Shown one piece after another: positions 26,420 through 36,332 of a DNA stretch of 64,000 nt. The DNA is from Alphaproteobacteria bacterium (lineage in GTDB: Bacteria > Pseudomonadota > Alphaproteobacteria > JAAXGF01). Numbering within the stretch: the stretch's first letter is position 1; each line of letters opens with the position of its first letter. Made by a program: the position numbers and the translations under genes. The notes under the pieces were generated by a model. It searched no databases, was not told the DNA's origin, and saw only the letters and a list, made by a program, of their open reading frames with translations. The stretch spans positions 1,472,001 to 1,536,000 of the forward strand of contig CAUVXB020000002.1 of NCBI GenBank assembly GCA_963555825.3, given 5' to 3'.

Positions 26420-26649
26420 TTAATCCCACAAGGCCATTCTTGATCCCACAAAGCCAATTGTCAATGGCGGAGCAAAAAGGGACCACCTCGGCGGTGTAAG
26501 AAGGGACCGCTTGGCGGCTGCGGGCTTGTCCCCGTAGTCCACGGGAGGGCCCCGCGCGCGACGCGGCGTGCCCTCAACAGGCTGACGCGGCGGCGCGCGC
26601 GGGAGGGACCTGTGGGCCCACGGGGTCAAGCGTGGGCTGGGTGGTCGGT

Positions 26650-27414
26650 TCAGTTAGCAGTCGGGGTTTGACGCCTGCGGCTCTGGTTGAGCCTGTAGCT
26701 GTCACCGTTCATCTCGAGGATGTTGACGTGGTGGGTGAGGCGATCGAGGAGCGCGCCGGTGAGGCGCTCGGAGCCGAACACCTCGGTCCATTCGTCGAAG
26801 GGCAGATTGGTGGTGACCAGGGTCGAGCCCCGCTCGTAGCGTTGGCTGAACACCTCGAACAACAGCTCGGCGCCGGTCTTCGACAGCGGCACGAAGCCGA
26901 GTTCGTCGACGATCAGAAGCTTGTAGGTGGCGAGCTTCTTCTGGAACCTCAGCAGCTGCTTGTCATCGCGGGCCTCGATGAGTTCGTGGACCAGCGCGGC
27001 GGCGGTGATGAAGCCGACCGAGAGGCCCTTCTGGCAGGCCGCCAGGCCGAGACCGAGGGCGATGTGGGTCTTGCCGGTCCCACTGTTGCCGAGCGCGATG
27101 AGGTTCTCGCGGCGCTCGATGTACTCGCAGCGGGCCAGCTCCAGGACCAGCGCCTTGTTGAGCGAGGGGATGACCTTGAAGTCGAAGCTGTCGAGGCTCT
27201 TGACCACGGGGAAGCGCGCCGCCTTGATGCGCCGCTCGACCATGCGGCGCTCGCGGTCGATCAGCTCGAGCTCGGCGAGTCTCAACAGGTAGCGGACGTG
27301 ATCGACGCCTTCCGAGGCGCACTGCCGGGCGATCTTGTCGTACTCGCGCAGGAAGGTCGGCAGCTTCAGCGTCTTGAGGTGGTGGGCGAGCAGCACTTGC
27401 GGTGTGTCGGTCAT
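26650..27414 (-). CDS. istB: IS21 helper ATPase IstB
   Basis: GNSGTGKT, LLIVDELG, LLDRLTHH. Confidence 0.93.
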   Translation of the reverse strand: MTDTPQVLLAHHLKTLKLPTFLREYDKIARQCASEGVDHVRYLLRLAELELIDRERRMVERRIKAARFPVVKSLDSFDFKVIPSLNKALVLELARCEYIERRENLIALGNSGTGKTHIALGLGLAACQKGLSVGFITAAALVHELIEARDDKQLLRFQKKLATYKLLIVDELGFVPLSKTGAELLFEVFSQRYERGSTLVTTNLPFDEWTEVFGSERLTGALLDRLTHHVNILEMNGDSYRLNQSRRRQTPTAN

Positions 27415-28063
27415 GCGCCGAGCCCCGACAGCAGGCTCATGTACGACTTGGCGGACGTCATCGCGACCCGGGCGCGCGGCAGATACGGATAGACGTCGAG
27501 GTTGAGCCTGGGCGGCCGCCGCTCGATGCGGCACAGTACCAGGTGCTTCACCGCATCAAAGCCGATTGCGCCGAGCCGCAGGGCGTCGCCGACCGCACCC
27601 TCGACCTCCTCGAGCCGGAAGGTCTCCAGTAGACGGAGCACCTGGACGTACTCGCGCTTGCCTGCCTTGCCCATACGAGCTTCGAGGAGCCGCCGCAGAG
27701 TGATGAAGGCCTCGGGCAGGTCCCAGCCCGCCAATGGCGCGGCCTGGTCGAGGGCGCCGATCTTCTGCTCGATCAAGGGCAGGTAATGCAGCGGGTCGAA
27801 GATCAGGTCCTCGCTGTCGTAGGACCGGCGGTGCCGGGCGATCACCTCGGCCCCGCAGCTGATCACCACCTCATCGACGTAGCCCCGGATGAGCACCTCA
27901 CGGTGGCCGTAGGCCACGGGCACGGAATAGTCGTTGCTGCGGTAACGCACCAGCGACAGCGAACTCGCCCGTCCAGGGCGCTTATCGCAGGCATCATAGG
28001 GAGCAGGCGGCAATGGCAAGAGAACTTGACGATCCCGCTCGAGACGCTCGCCGATGGTCTCCT

Positions 28064-29529
28064 TGTGAGGCCCCGCAAGCCGCGCCGCCTTCCATTGGCG
28101 CCAGGGCGGGTCGGCGTGTTTCGTGCGAGTGATCGCATCACCTTATATCCGGCAGCTCCGATCCGGCTTGATGCTGTATACATGGACCATCACAGGACGG
28201 GGATGGGACTAATCTTGTGGACGGCACCTTCGCCAAGGAGACATGCAGTCACACATCCAACCTGCCAACAAGCGTTCCCATCGGGGAATGAAGCCCGTTA
28301 GAACGCTGAGCTGATCCGCAGTCCTATTCGACGACAGCACCCACCGGGATCAGCCCGGTTTCCAGATACCGCCAAAGCGCGATCGCCAGTTTGCGGGCCA
28401 GGGCGACGATCATGACGCGCCTGATGCGCCCCTTCTGACCTTGGGTGCGGTCATGGAACCACTGGGTCAGAGCGCTATCGGGTTGATGGCGGACCCAAAG
28501 CCATGCGGCTTCGATCATGGCAACCCGTGCCAGCCGATTGCCCGCCTTGGAGATGCCTTGGCTGCGGCGCCCGTCGCCGCTGTCATAGGCACTGGGCGTG
28601 ATCCCGATATAGCTTGCCACCTGTCGGCGATTGGCGAACTGGCGATAATAGACTTCCCGTGCGAGCGTCGTGGATAAGGCCGGGCCGAGGCCCTTTAAGC
28701 GCAGCAGCTGGTGACGCTTGCTTTCCGTGGCCACACACGGTGTCGGCGCTTGATCACGCTCACGCTCGACCTCGACGATCTGCGCTTGGACCTGGGCCAG
28801 TCTCGCGATCTCCCGCGCGATCTCGCGGCCGAGACGGTCCGGCAGGGGTCGGCCGTCTCCGGTGACCAGCGCCGCCGGTGTCAAGGTCTTGTAGCGCGCC
28901 TTGACATTGATGCCGCGAATGCCCTGACCGAATAGCAGACCCTTGATCCGGTTGATGTGGGCGGTTCGCTCGCGGACCAATCGGTCACGTTCCCGATGAG
29001 AGCGGCGAAGGTCCTCCTCCGCGACGCTCGGAATCACCACCATGGAGCAGACATGACGCTCGCCGCGGCACCAGGCGATCAGCGTATGAAGAATATTCTC
29101 GACATCGATGCGGTCGGTCTTCACCCGCCGCGCCCGGCGGTTGACCCGCAAGCTGGCCGGCTCCATGACCAGACACTCGATGCCGCGCTGCTCGAGGAAC
29201 CGCGCCAACCAGAAGCCGTCGTAGCCGGCCTCGTAGCACAGCGTTATCGTCGGCGTTCGACCCGTCACCTTGACCACCCGGTCCCGCGCCGCGTCCAGCT
29301 TGGCCATCAGTCCTTCAGCGTCGCCGCCCTTGATCGGATGCAAGCTCGGATTGCCCCGCCCCGGAGCCTGGATCGCCAAAAGCCAGCTGTTCTTGCTCAA
29401 CTCCAGTGCCGCATAAATAGCGTGTTCATTGGAGGTCGATACCGGAAACTGTGCCATCGTGTCGCTCCTTCTGATCGAGGTTGAAATAATCGAAGGAGCT
29501 TGAGGCTGCGTCCTTCAGCCTCATAGCAT
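28064..29529 (-). mobile_element. IS110/IS1111-family element A, copy 1 (3' end garbled)
   Basis: Duplicated CT(T) core 28062 and 29530; matches 31419-32940. Confidence 0.9.
28324..29457 (-). CDS. IS110-family recombinase (E-E-D-D variant)
   Basis: ALELSK, CYEAG, KTDRID, PSAYDSG, GISKAGN, ALARKL. Confidence 0.92.
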   Translation of the reverse strand: MAQFPVSTSNEHAIYAALELSKNSWLLAIQAPGRGNPSLHPIKGGDAEGLMAKLDAARDRVVKVTGRTPTITLCYEAGYDGFWLARFLEQRGIECLVMEPASLRVNRRARRVKTDRIDVENILHTLIAWCRGERHVCSMVVIPSVAEEDLRRSHRERDRLVRERTAHINRIKGLLFGQGIRGINVKARYKTLTPAALVTGDGRPLPDRLGREIAREIARLAQVQAQIVEVERERDQAPTPCVATESKRHQLLRLKGLGPALSTTLAREVYYRQFANRRQVASYIGITPSAYDSGDGRRSQGISKAGNRLARVAMIEAAWLWVRHQPDSALTQWFHDRTQGQKGRIRRVMIVALARKLAIALWRYLETGLIPVGAVVE

Positions 29530-30496
29530 CTTGTGGCCCCGCAGCCGCGCCGCCTGGCGCCGGCGGCACTGTTCGGCGAGAGCATCGTTGAGGGCCGCGA
29601 AGCTCTCGGCACGCGGGACGGGGACCAGGAAGTTCCGCCGGATGAAGCCGACCAGTCCCTCGACCTTGCCCTTGTCGTTGCCCTTGCCCGGCCGGCCGAA
29701 CCTGTCCTCGAACAGATAGTGGGACTGAAGCTCCGTGAAGACGCGCGTTCGCTGCCGCTTCCCATCGCCCAGGATCCGGGCAACCGCCAGCTTGGTGTTG
29801 TCGTACAGGATGGATCGGGGGACGCCGCCGAAGAAGGCAAACGCCGCGTTGTGGCCATCGCAGAATGCTTCGGTCGTCTCCGCCGGATAGGCCGCAACAA
29901 AGCAACCATCACTGTGGGGAAGGTCGAAGGCAAGGAAGTGGATCTTCCGTAACGCGCCGCCGATCACCGCCATCGCTTCGCCGAAGTCCGCCTGGGCGTG
30001 ACCGGGGGAATGGGAGAGTGGCACGAACACCTCACGCGACCGAAGCCCCTGCTCACGAACGTAGTCCTTCACGATGGTGTAGCCGCCCGTGAAACCGTAC
30101 TCGTCCCGGAGGCGGTCGAAGATGCGCTTCGCAGTGTGCCGTTGCTTGCGGTGGCTGGTCCGATCGTCTTCCAAGATCCGATCGATGATTCCCGTGAACG
30201 GACCCAGCTTTGGCCGCCTCGGCGGCGCGCTTCGGCGATACCCTGGCGGCACCGAGAACGACAGCATCTTACGGACCGTCTTGCGGTCTACACCAAACAC
30301 CCGCGAGGCCTCGCGGGTGCTCATCCCCTCGACATGACACGCCCGCCGAACCCGTGCGTACAACTCCACCCGATACATCCCCCCCGCCTTCCAGTCAGAG
30401 CAACCCTGACAGAAGGCTATACGCGGTCCCATTTTGGTCCGCCGCAGCCGGATCGACCGGCCGCTTCAGTGGGGGATTATTGCTCTGCCGTTCTCA

Positions 30497-30733
30497 CCTA
30501 GCCGATTTCAACGGCGACTGGGCCGGGCGAGCATTGGAATTGGTGTCTGCTGGTTCAAGGCCGGCGCCGGCCAGCATATTGCGCGAATGCGTGAAATGTG
30601 CGGCGTTCTTGACGAGATCGGTTATCCAATCACTTGCTGCTGGACGGCGGAACCGGGCTGGCAGATTTATCAGGACGACTTTCAGATCGTCGCGCTCGAC
30701 CACAAGCGTCCGGCCAACGAATGCTGGATGTAG
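30497..30733 (+). pseudogene. C-terminal remnant of a hypothetical protein, truncated at the IS21 end
   Basis: Open frame PSRF..VCWFK..HIARM..PG..YQDDFQIVA with no start codon after the IS21 boundary. Confidence 0.55.
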
Positions 30734-30895
30734 TGGACGTTGGGTTCTGGTTGCTTTCGGCGGGGCGCACCCGACGCGCGGTGCCCTTCTCGTCGTGGAT
30801 CGGACGGTGTGCGGCGCGTTGACGCGCCTGTCCATGGTAAGCACACCGGGCTAACATGGAGCGGACAGTCGGCAGAGCAGGGGAGCGCGCCACTC

Positions 30896-31276
30896 ATGGG
30901 CGTCATCGGCATCGAGGAGATATTTCTCAAGGTCAAGGACATGGAGAAGGCGCTCGACTTCTACCACGGCATCGTCGGTCTGCCGATCGACAAGCAAGAC
31001 GGCGAACGCACCTATCTGCAGGCCGAGCGCGGCCACATCGTGCTGCAGATCGAGAACCACACCGGTCGCCACCAGGGCGGCGGCCCACTGCACTTCGCCT
31101 TCACCGTCAGCGAGGAGACCTTCGACGAGATTTTGGCGAAGTTCGCCGGCGGCACACACTTCACCCGCGGCCCCTACGGCGAGCGCGGCGCGGGCCGGGC
31201 GTTCTTTATGATCGACCCCGACGGCAACGAGGCGGAAGTCAACACCCGCTACTTATACGGCGCGCCGATGCGCTGA
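30896..31276 (+). CDS. VOC/glyoxalase family protein
   Basis: LKVKDMEKALDFY, LHFAFTV, IDPDGNEAE. Confidence 0.88.
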   Translation: MGVIGIEEIFLKVKDMEKALDFYHGIVGLPIDKQDGERTYLQAERGHIVLQIENHTGRHQGGGPLHFAFTVSEETFDEILAKFAGGTHFTRGPYGERGAGRAFFMIDPDGNEAEVNTRYLYGAPMR

Positions 31277-31519
31277 GGCGCCGACGATTAGATCGATGGC
31301 CACCGGCTTTGCACCGCGCCTGAGTGCGCCCTAGAAGCAATCGGCTGCCCAATCGGAAAGCGATGTCCGCTCACCGCTTGGAACCGGACGTCGGAGACGA
31401 GGTCGCTCGATGTCTCCTTATATGAGGCGTTTGCTGTCAAGGTGGATTTAATCTACGCCACATGATCGTCTCTTCCATTGGTTATGGCTTTGTATCCAGG
31501 GCGGGTCTTGCGATGAGTT

Positions 31520-31700
31520 CCGTGTTTCGTGCGAGTGATCGCATCACCTTATATCCGGCAGCTCCGATCCGGCTTGCCACAATGCTGTATACATGGACCA
31601 TCACAGGACGGGGATGGGACTAATCTTGTGGACGGCACCTTCGCCAAGGAGACATGCAGTCACACATCCAACCTGCCAACAAGCGTTCCCATCGGGGAAT
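31520..31700 (-). ncRNA. Predicted bridge/seek RNA of IS110-A (ends approximate)
   Basis: Target loop guides AUGUCUCCU / CCACAAG and donor loop guides ACAGCAUUG / AUAUAAG, each pair around an internal hairpin. Confidence 0.8.
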
Positions 31701-31734
31701 GAAGCCCGTTAGAACGCTGAGCTGATCCGCAGTC

Positions 31735-32868
31735 CTATTTGACGACAGCACCCACCGGGATCAGCCCGGTTTCCAGATACCGCCAAAGCGCGATCGCCAG
31801 TTTGCGGGCCAGGGCGACGATCATGACGCGCCTGATGCGCCCCTTCTGACCTTGGGTGCGGTCATGGAACCACTGGGTCAGAGCGCTATCGGGTTGATGG
31901 CGGACCCAAAGCCATGCGGCTTCGATCATGGCAACCCGTGCCAGCCGATTGCCCGCCTTGGAGATGCCTTGGCTGCGGCGCCCGTCGCCGCTGTCATAGG
32001 CACTGGGCGTGATCCCGATATAGCTTGCCACCTGTCGGCGATTGGCGAACTGGCGATAATAGACTTCCCGTGCGAGCGTCGTGGATAAGGCCGGGCCGAG
32101 GCCCTTTAAGCGCAGCAGCTGGTGACGCTTGCTTTCCGTGGCCACACACGGTGTCGGCGCTTGATCACGCTCACGCTCGACCTCGACGATCTGCGCTTGG
32201 ACCTGGGCCAGTCTCGCGATCTCCCGCGCGATCTCGCGGCCGAGACGGTCCGGCAGGGGTCGGCCGTCTCCGGTGACCAGCGCCGCCGGTGTCAAGGTCT
32301 TGTAGCGCGCCTTGACATTGATGCCGCGAATGCCCTGACCGAATAGCAGACCCTTGATCCGGTTGATGTGGGCGGTTCGCTCGCGGACCAATCGGTCACG
32401 TTCCCGATGAGAGCGGCGAAGGTCCTCCTCCGCGACGCTCGGAATCACCACCATGGAGCAGACATGACGCTCGCCGCGGCACCAGGCGATCAGCGTATGA
32501 AGAATATTCTCGACATCGATGCGGTCGGTCTTCACCCGCCGCGCCCGGCGGTTGACCCGCAAGCTGGCCGGCTCCATGACCAGACACTCGATGCCGCGCT
32601 GCTCGAGGAACCGCGCCAACCAGAAGCCGTCGTAGCCGGCCTCGTAGCACAGCGTTATCGTCGGCGTTCGACCCGTCACCTTGACCACCCGGTCCCGCGC
32701 CGCGTCCAGCTTGGCCATCAGTCCTTCAGCGTCGCCGCCCTTGATCGGATGCAAGCTCGGATTGCCCCGCCCCGGAGCCTGGATCGCCAAAAGCCAGCTG
32801 TTCTTGCTCAACTCCAGTGCCGCATAAATAGCGTGTTCATTGGAGGTCGATACCGGAAACTGTGCCAT
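31735..32868 (-). CDS. IS110-family recombinase (E-E-D-D variant)
   Basis: Identical to 28324-29457 except last residue. Confidence 0.92.
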   Translation of the reverse strand: MAQFPVSTSNEHAIYAALELSKNSWLLAIQAPGRGNPSLHPIKGGDAEGLMAKLDAARDRVVKVTGRTPTITLCYEAGYDGFWLARFLEQRGIECLVMEPASLRVNRRARRVKTDRIDVENILHTLIAWCRGERHVCSMVVIPSVAEEDLRRSHRERDRLVRERTAHINRIKGLLFGQGIRGINVKARYKTLTPAALVTGDGRPLPDRLGREIAREIARLAQVQAQIVEVERERDQAPTPCVATESKRHQLLRLKGLGPALSTTLAREVYYRQFANRRQVASYIGITPSAYDSGDGRRSQGISKAGNRLARVAMIEAAWLWVRHQPDSALTQWFHDRTQGQKGRIRRVMIVALARKLAIALWRYLETGLIPVGAVVK

Positions 32869-33027
32869 CGTGTCGCTCCTTCTGATCGAGGTTGAAATAA
32901 TCGAAGGAGCTTGAGGCTGCGTCCTTCAGCCTCATAGCATCTTGTGATGCTGTGGACGGCTCCACCGCCGGCATCGCAATGTGCCATGGAGGTTGTTTGA
33001 TAACCGCCAATAGGGGAGCCGCCCAAG

Positions 33028-34047
33028 ATGGAAGTTACCACGATCGGTGTTGATCTTGCGAAGAACGTTTTCCAGGTCCACGGAGTTGACGATGAGGGAA
33101 CCGTGGTCGTCCGCCGTCAGTTGAGGCGGCGTCAGGTGCTGGCCTTCTTCGAGAAACAGCCGCCCTGCCTGGTTGGTATGGAGGCATGTGCGACCGCGCA
33201 TTACTGGGCGCGGGAGATCGCGGCGCTTGGGCATGAGGTCAAGCTGATGCCGCCGCGCTATGTGAAGCCCTACGTGAAGCGGAACAAGAATGACGCTGCC
33301 GATGCGGAGGCTATTTGCGAGGCCGTCACGCGCCCGACGATGCGCTTTGTCGCGGTGAAGAGCGTCGAGCAGCAGAGCGTTCTGATGCTGCACCGAACGC
33401 GCGAGCTTCTGGTCCGCCAGAGAACCATGCTGGTCAACGCTACGCGGGCGCACATGGCGGAGTTCGGGGTGGTGGCGCGAACCGGGTTGCCGCAGGTCAA
33501 GGAGCTGCTCGCGGTGATCAGCGATGAGGCGGATGAGCGCATTCCGCCCCTGGCGCGGACTTGCCTGGAAGGGCTGGCGCGGCAGTTGCTGTCGCTGGAG
33601 CGGGAGATCGTCGGCGCTGAGAGGCGTATCCACGCCTGGCACCGGACGAACGAAGAGAGCCTGCGTCTCGAAACCACACCCGGCATCGGACCGATCACGG
33701 CGAGCGCGCTGGCATCTTCGATTGCCAATCCGTCGATCTTCAAATCGGGCCGCTCAATGGCCGCTTGGATCGGGCTGGTGCCAAGACAGAACTCGACCGG
33801 TGGCAAGGAGCGCATGGGGCGGATCTCCAAGCAGGGCGATCAATACCTGCGCTGGCTGCTGGTCGCCGGCGCCATGACGGTCATCCGCCACGCCAAGCGA
33901 CGCGGCACGACCGATCCATGGCTTGCCAACATCATCGCCGACAAGCCGACCAAGGTCGCGGCCGTGGCGCTGGCCAACAAGAACGCCCGCATTGCCTGGG
34001 CGCTTCTGAGACATGGCGGAACCTATCGCAGGCCCGCGACGGCCTAG
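33028..34047 (+). CDS. IS110/IS1111-family DEDD recombinase
   Basis: IGVDLAK, MEAC, KNDAADAEA, PRQNSTGGK, ISKQGD, ALANK. Confidence 0.94.
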   Translation: MEVTTIGVDLAKNVFQVHGVDDEGTVVVRRQLRRRQVLAFFEKQPPCLVGMEACATAHYWAREIAALGHEVKLMPPRYVKPYVKRNKNDAADAEAICEAVTRPTMRFVAVKSVEQQSVLMLHRTRELLVRQRTMLVNATRAHMAEFGVVARTGLPQVKELLAVISDEADERIPPLARTCLEGLARQLLSLEREIVGAERRIHAWHRTNEESLRLETTPGIGPITASALASSIANPSIFKSGRSMAAWIGLVPRQNSTGGKERMGRISKQGDQYLRWLLVAGAMTVIRHAKRRGTTDPWLANIIADKPTKVAAVALANKNARIAWALLRHGGTYRRPATA

Positions 34048-34089
34048 GCCGACGAAAACAAGGCGTTCACGAGTTTGGCGGAGTGTAAG

Positions 34090-34260
34090 TGACGTAATGC
34101 AAAATCGGTCGAACCGAGGATCGGGAAAACCCGCTATAGCCACGGCGCCTCGAGCGCGTGCTTATGACTGGGACCCGACCCCGCGGATCGCATTAGGGCC
34201 AGCGGCCATGTACGCCGCACCAAAAGGCCGGACACATGGCAGCACCCGACCAGCTTGCAT
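34090..34260 (+). ncRNA. Predicted seek/bridge RNA of IS1111-B (ends approximate)
   Basis: Candidate guides CUAUAGCCA/CUUAUG and AUCGCAUUA/ACACAUG; ACACAUG equals the donor junction. Confidence 0.65.
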
Positions 34261-34307
34261 CAACGTCACAAAATCTCTTGCCAACAGGGAGCCGTCCACA
34301 CATGACC

Positions 34308-34469
34308 CAGGCTGTGTAAAAACCGCCCCCGAGCGCTATTGGCACGATTTTCTCTAACTTCTCGAATTTCTAAACTCAACAAAATCAACATCTTATCAGA
34401 GGGCACTTTAGAAGAATTGACCGAGCACTCTCCTTTTAGTGGTATTTTCCGACGTTTTTACACAGCCTG
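34308..34469. mobile_element. IS1182-derived MITE (162 bp)
   Basis: TIR caggctgtgtaaaaac/gtttttacacagcctg near-identical to IS1182 ends; gacc/gacg flanks; AT-rich interior. Confidence 0.85.
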
Positions 34470-34488
34470 GACGCGGAGCGGTCATTGG

Positions 34489-34662
34489 CTAGGCGGCCGC
34501 CGCACTGCGCGAGATGCTCTTAACCTGGGCCGCGCAACGCGGGCACAGCCGGTGCCCGGGATGGTCGCTGAGAAACTTAGTGTTGCCCAGGCAGTTCGGT
34601 CCTAAGCAAGCGCGCATCTTGCGCTGCCTGAAATCCGGCTCGGGCTTGGCACTGGTCATCAT
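34489..34662 (-). CDS. Small 57-aa zinc-finger-like protein (absent from ORF track)
   Basis: MMTSAKPEPDFRQRKMRACLGPNCLGNTKFLSDHPGHRLCPRCAAQVKSISRSAAAA; C-x4-C..CxxC. Confidence 0.6.
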   Translation of the reverse strand: MMTSAKPEPDFRQRKMRACLGPNCLGNTKFLSDHPGHRLCPRCAAQVKSISRSAAAA

Positions 34663-34889
34663 CTAGCCTGGATTAATATGAGTGGACATGTCCCTGGGGT
34701 GTGTTCCCCACGCTTTCGGCAAACATAGCATAGATTGCGGGTGGGGTGGGGGGGCGGGCACACTGATTGTCCAGTTACCGCTCAAAAGCGGACGCCCAGC
34801 GTGTGAGCCGCCGATGTCTGGTTTTGATCCAGACTGTGTAAAAACGTCGATGGTGTTATGATTCTCTCGTGCTTTGGCGGGAGGGTCTG

Positions 34890-36332
34890 ATGAAGCGTTT
34901 TGTCGAGGGTGTCGATCGCAGCCAGGGCACGTTGTTTCCGGAGCGCCTGGAAGACTGGATCGGCGACGACAACCCGGTTCGGGCGATCGACGTCTTCGTC
35001 GATGAGCTCGATCTTGGCGGCCTCGGGTTCGACCGGGTCGAGCCGCTGGCGACCGGCAGGCCGGCCTATCATCCTTGCGATTTGTTGAAGCTCTACATCT
35101 ACGGCTATCTCAACCGGGTTCAGTCGAGCCGTCGGCTCGAGAGGGAGGCCGGGCGCAATGTGGAAGTGATGTGGCTGGTCGGCCGGCTGGCGCCGGATCA
35201 CAAGACGATCGCCGACTTCCGCAAGGACAACGGCCGTGCGATCCGCAAGGTCTGCGCCCGGTTCGTCGCGCTGTGCCGGCAACTCGGGCTGTTCGCCGAG
35301 GCGAGCGTGGTGATCGATGGCTCGAAGTTCAAGGCGGTCAACAGCCGGGACAGGAACTTCACGCGGGCCAAGATGGCGCGGCGGGTGGCGCAGATCGAGG
35401 AGAGCGTTGCGCGCTATCTGGACCAGTTGGACAGCGCCGACCGGCAAGAGCCGTCGCTGGCGCGCACGACCAAGACGACTCGTCTGGCCGACAAGATCGC
35501 GATCCTCAAGGAGGAGATGCGGCGCCTGAAGGCGCTTGAAGTCGAGCGGCGTGCGAGCCCGGACCAGCAGATCTCTCTGAGCGATCCCGATGCCCGCTCG
35601 ATGGCGACGAGCGGCCGGGGTTCCGGCGTGGTCGGCTACAACGTTCAGGCCGCCGTCGACACCAAGCACCACCTGATCGTCGCCCACGAGGTGACCAATC
35701 AGGGCACCGACCGCGCCCAGCTCTCAGCCATGGCGAAGCGGACCAAGGCGGCTCTGGAGACCGACGAGTTGGATGTCGTTGCCGATCGCGGCTACTACAA
35801 CGGCAAGGAGATTCTGGCCTGCGATGAGGCCGGCATCACCGTCACATTGCCTAAGCCGCTGACCTCTGGAGCCAAGGCCAAGGGCCGCTTCGGCAAACAG
35901 GACTTCGTCTATCTGGCCGCCGACGATGTCTATCGCTGCCCGGCCGGCGAGCGTTTGGTCTACCGCTTCACCAGCCAGGAGAGGGGGCTGAGCATGCGGC
36001 GCTACTGGACCAACGCCTGTCAGGGATGCGCCATCAAGCATCGCTGCACCACGGCCAAGCAGCGCCGCATCACCCGCTGGCAGCACGAGCATGTTCTCGA
36101 GGCCGTCGAGAGGCGGCTCGACGAGCACCCGGAGGCGATGCGTCGGCGGCGCGAGACGGCCGAGCATCCCTTCGGCACCATCAAGTCCTGGATGGGCGCG
36201 ACGCATTTCCAGACGAAGACGCTGAAACGGGTGAGGACCGAGATGGCCCTGCACGTGCTGGCCTACAATCTCAAGCGCGTCATGAACATCACGGGCATCG
36301 ACCCGCTGATCGCGGCGATGAGGACCGCATAG
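34890..36332 (+). CDS. IS1182-family transposase
   Basis: GRPAYHP, SSRRLE, PDHKTIADFR, IDGSK, ADRGY, EHPFGTIK. Confidence 0.93.
   Translation: MKRFVEGVDRSQGTLFPERLEDWIGDDNPVRAIDVFVDELDLGGLGFDRVEPLATGRPAYHPCDLLKLYIYGYLNRVQSSRRLEREAGRNVEVMWLVGRLAPDHKTIADFRKDNGRAIRKVCARFVALCRQLGLFAEASVVIDGSKFKAVNSRDRNFTRAKMARRVAQIEESVARYLDQLDSADRQEPSLARTTKTTRLADKIAILKEEMRRLKALEVERRASPDQQISLSDPDARSMATSGRGSGVVGYNVQAAVDTKHHLIVAHEVTNQGTDRAQLSAMAKRTKAALETDELDVVADRGYYNGKEILACDEAGITVTLPKPLTSGAKAKGRFGKQDFVYLAADDVYRCPAGERLVYRFTSQERGLSMRRYWTNACQGCAIKHRCTTAKQRRITRWQHEHVLEAVERRLDEHPEAMRRRRETAEHPFGTIKSWMGATHFQTKTLKRVRTEMALHVLAYNLKRVMNITGIDPLIAAMRTA

Larger units (their letters stand above)
25187..26458. repeat. Dispersed approx. 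100-bp repeat (copy 2), split by IS630-B and cut by IS21
   Basis: gtgacgcaaagcc..ggctttgc.gcgctca..gccaatctta|atcccacaaggccattctt matches 55630-55700. Confidence 0.6.
27411..30378 (-). pseudogene. istA: IS21 transposase IstA split by IS110 insertion
   Basis: Matches 48835-50334 except for the insertion at the H-K-E codons. Confidence 0.9.
26459..30496 (-). mobile_element. IS21-family element copy 1, interrupted by IS110
   Basis: TG..CA ends, istA-istB; inverted near-identical copy of 48717-51286. Confidence 0.92.
31419..32940 (-). mobile_element. IS110/IS1111-family element A, copy 2 (intact)
   Basis: CT core at 31417 and 32941; sub-terminal IR tatgaggc/gcctcata; long non-coding region 3' of recombinase. 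Confidence 0.93.
32947..34304 (+). mobile_element. IS1111-type element B
   Basis: Sub-terminal IR tgtggacggctcc/ggagccgtccaca; TG(A) core at both junctions. Confidence 0.9.
31362..34486. repeat. Double-hairpin repeat R1 (31+16+30 nt), second hairpin split by three insertions
   Basis: gatgtccgctcaccgcttggaaccggacgtc-N16-gatgtctccttgtgac|gcggagcggtcatt after removing ISs. Confidence 0.7.

Noticed and set aside
28064-28175. Reprogrammed or variant bridge RNA in IS110-A copy 1
   Set aside because: Differences are a mosaic with the flanking istA sequence; the target guides are identical to copy 2
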